Under the pieces are notes generated by a model. The model did not search any database. It saw nothing but the letters and a program-made list of their open reading frames with translations, and had not been told where the DNA came from. A stretch of 64,000 bases of DNA from assembly GCA_030390025.1 (NCBI GenBank), contig CM059432.1, positions 146,012,001 through 146,076,000 on the forward strand, read 5' to 3'. Every line of letters starts with the position of its first letter. Position 1 is the first letter of the stretch. Source of the DNA: Squalus acanthias. Lineage: Eukaryota. This document shows, piece by piece, positions 61,546 to 64,000 of the stretch. The position numbers and the translations under genes were made by a program.

Positions 61546-62702
61546 AATCAGTGCTGGGACCACTGATGTTCACAATTTATATTAACCATTTAGACTTTAG
61601 AATCAAAAATACAATGTCTAAATTTGCGGATGACACCAAATTGGGAGGAATAGTCAATACTGAGGAGGATGCAACAAATTACAAGAAGACATTAAGGGGG
61701 AAAAATTGGGTCGCCCCCTCTTTGGGGCGTTAACTTCTTTTAGTGCCCCGAAAAAGTTAGCGCCCCCGCGCCCGAAATTCACTGGTAGCGCCCCAAGAGG
61801 GAGGCAGGGAGCTACTGGAAGCTCCACGCCTCCCTCTTGGGGCGCTGCAAGTGAATATCACGGCGCTAGGTGTCGTGGTACTGCAGGCCTACCTCCCCTT
61901 ATTAAAGGGGAGGGGTCTAGTGCAGTGCGACCCGGGGCCCAGCTAGGCCACCAGGGGGGATCGGAGTGCCGGCAAAAGAGCCCGGCACTCCTCTTGAGTG
62001 TCGGGCTCACGGAGCGCAGCCGGCACCCCGCGGGGGGGCTTCACAGGAGGCCGGGGACAGCAGAGGGGGAAGGTGCTGGCAGGCGGCCAGCAACAAAAAT
62101 GGCCGCCCGGCACCTTCCCTTTAATCTGCGCTGCCCCGGCCGCACGTAGACCTTGTCGGACATAGCTTCCAGCAGTAAGTCAGGGGGCGCTACCGAAGAT
62201 CGTGGAAGGGGCGGGAGTGTGGAGCTGCGCACGGCGATGACGTCATCGCCGGAAGCGCAGCACCGCGGGGCGCTAACGGTTACTCCCGCCGCTAACCTCC
62301 CGCTGAATTTCGTGGGCGGCGTTAGCGGTGCCGTGTTCGGACGCTAGTTGCTTTGCGCCCCGTTAGCGCCCTCTTAGGGCACTAATGGAAGGCACAAATC
62401 AACTGAATTTTTCCCCTTAATAAACTTACAGAATGGGCATATAATTGGCAAATGAATTTTGACACAGATAAGTGTGAGGTTTTACATTTTGGTAAGAAAA
62501 ATAAGGGGGTCACGTATTTGGAAAATAAGAATCTAAATGTGATTGAGGAGCAAAGGGATCTCGGAGTACAAATACACAAATCACTAAAAGTAGCGACGCA
62601 GGTTAATAAGGCCATAAAAAAGCAAAGCAAGCACTAGGGTTTATTTCTAGAGGGATAGAATTGAAAAGTACAGAAGTTATGCTAAACTTCTATCGAACCT
62701 TG
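61546..62702 (+). mobile_element. CR1 RT fragment split by a MITE
   Basis: SVLGP...FADDTKLGG; EDI|NKLTEW reads through when the MITE is removed. Confidence 0.85.
61696..62417. mobile_element. GC-rich Harbinger-type MITE
   Basis: GGGGGAAAAATT / AATTTTTCCCCT; TSD TAA; one end resembles the left end of the autonomous element. Confidence 0.85.
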
Positions 62703-62832
62703 CCTTAACGGTACTTGCTCTTATCAAGCTCAGCTATGATGCCCCTATGTCATATATCGAGCGTCTCTGACCCCTCTTAAAGGGCAGGTGCACTCTAGCC
62801 TCAAAACAAAAGGAACACTTATCAAAACTGAA

Positions 62833-63340
62833 ATGGCTCTCACAAGCACTGAGAGAGCACTAAGATTCTCCAATGCTGCCTTGGAGGCCCTGGTGCTGGC
62901 AGCCGACAGGAGAAGGGTCACCCTCTTCCCTCCAGGCATCAACTCAGGGAAGAGCTTTCAAGAGTATGTCAATGCCAGGAGCTTAGCGCCCAGGACATGG
63001 CTACAATGCTGGAAAAAAGTTCAATGACCTCACTAAAGTTATCAAGGTAAGTACACTGCTCTATTACTCTCTACTCACACCTACACTCTCACTGCTCACA
63101 AGACTCCCCTCCCCCACTTCCCTTCACTTTCCTACAATCATTACACTTCCTTCTCCTCGCCACTATTCCTACCTTCACTTCCCCATGCCTCACAACTGAC
63201 ATACTGACTACCAGCTATTCTGCCATGACAGGCAGATTCTGAAAACACCTCACAAGACATTCCCTTCTTTCTTGCAGGAGAAGGTCGTACACAAATTCAG
63301 ACAGGCGGCTGCCACCAGAGGAGGAAGAGCCCACCTGTAC
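62833..63340 (+). pseudogene. Harbinger Myb/SANT-like remnant (exons 1-2)
   Basis: RALRFSNAALEALV...PRTWLQCWKK, frameshift, aag|gtaagt. Confidence 0.65.
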
Positions 63341-63497
63341 CACGTATACCTTAGAGGCCAGGTTAGAGGAGGTGTTTTCACGCGATGAATCACCGGGCAC
63401 AAGTCCACAGGAGCTATGATTGGTCACGCAGAGATCACACAGTAGTTCTGCTGCAAAGGACTCAGATGCTGACTTTGAGGGATCAGGCTACGTTTGT

Positions 63498-63625
63498 GTC
63501 AGCTGTGGCTCAGTGGGTAGCGCCCTTGCCTCTGAGTCAGAAGGTCGTGGGTTCGGGTCCCACTCCAGAGACTTGTGCACTAAAGTCTAGGCTGACACTC
63601 CAGTGCAGTACTGAGGGAGTGCTGT
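63498..63625 (+). mobile_element. DeuSINE 5' fragment
   Basis: Matches the head of 32227. Confidence 0.75.
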
Positions 63626-63804
63626 ACAGCTCTCACAGCTGCCATGGAAGCTCAGACAGCTCCCATCTTAGCTTTGGGGGCCACTGGTGATAGGGGCTTC
63701 CAGAGTGTCACATTACTCCTGAAGTTTGTTCTAACGCAGAGCTGTAGGAGTGCTGAGGCGCAGTCCCACAAGAGTGGCCTTGGCTCCATGGGAGAGGTAC
63801 CTGC

Positions 63805-64000
63805 TCAAGGCCTATAGTCCCTAGAGTTTAGAAGAATGAGAGGTGATCTAATTGAAACATATAAAATTCTTAAGGGGCTTGACAGGGTTAATGCTGGGAA
63901 AATGTTTCCCCTGGCTGGGGAATCTAGAACATGGGGCCACAGTCTCAGAATAAGGGGTCGGCCATTTAGGACGGAGATGAGTAGAAATTTCTTCACTCAA
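63805..64000 (+). mobile_element. CR1 3' fragment running off the window
   Basis: EFRRMRGDLIETYKIL...NFFTQ. Confidence 0.85.

Overview
Vertebrate genomic DNA, very probably a shark or other cartilaginous fish (inferred from DeuSINE/SacSINE1-type SINEs, CR1/L2 LINEs and Penelope-type repeats). The whole window lies inside one minus-strand gene that I identify as RGS22 by recalled similarity to the human protein. Six internal coding exons are well supported, one fits by splice phase and three are tentative; one intron has a GC donor. The introns are mostly nested transposons: CR1 LINEs (one near full length), L2 3' ends, tRNA-derived SINEs, a pogo/Tigger-like MITE, Penelope-type ends with minimal hammerhead-ribozyme folds, and many PIF/Harbinger elements. 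The highlight is an apparently intact autonomous two-gene Harbinger at 43565-47720. It has TIRs, a CTG target-site duplication, a 386-aa DDE transposase and a convergent three-exon, 456-aa Myb/SANT-like gene. A related non-autonomous element, several MITE families and at least five decayed two-gene relatives are also present. All calls were made by eye without database searches.
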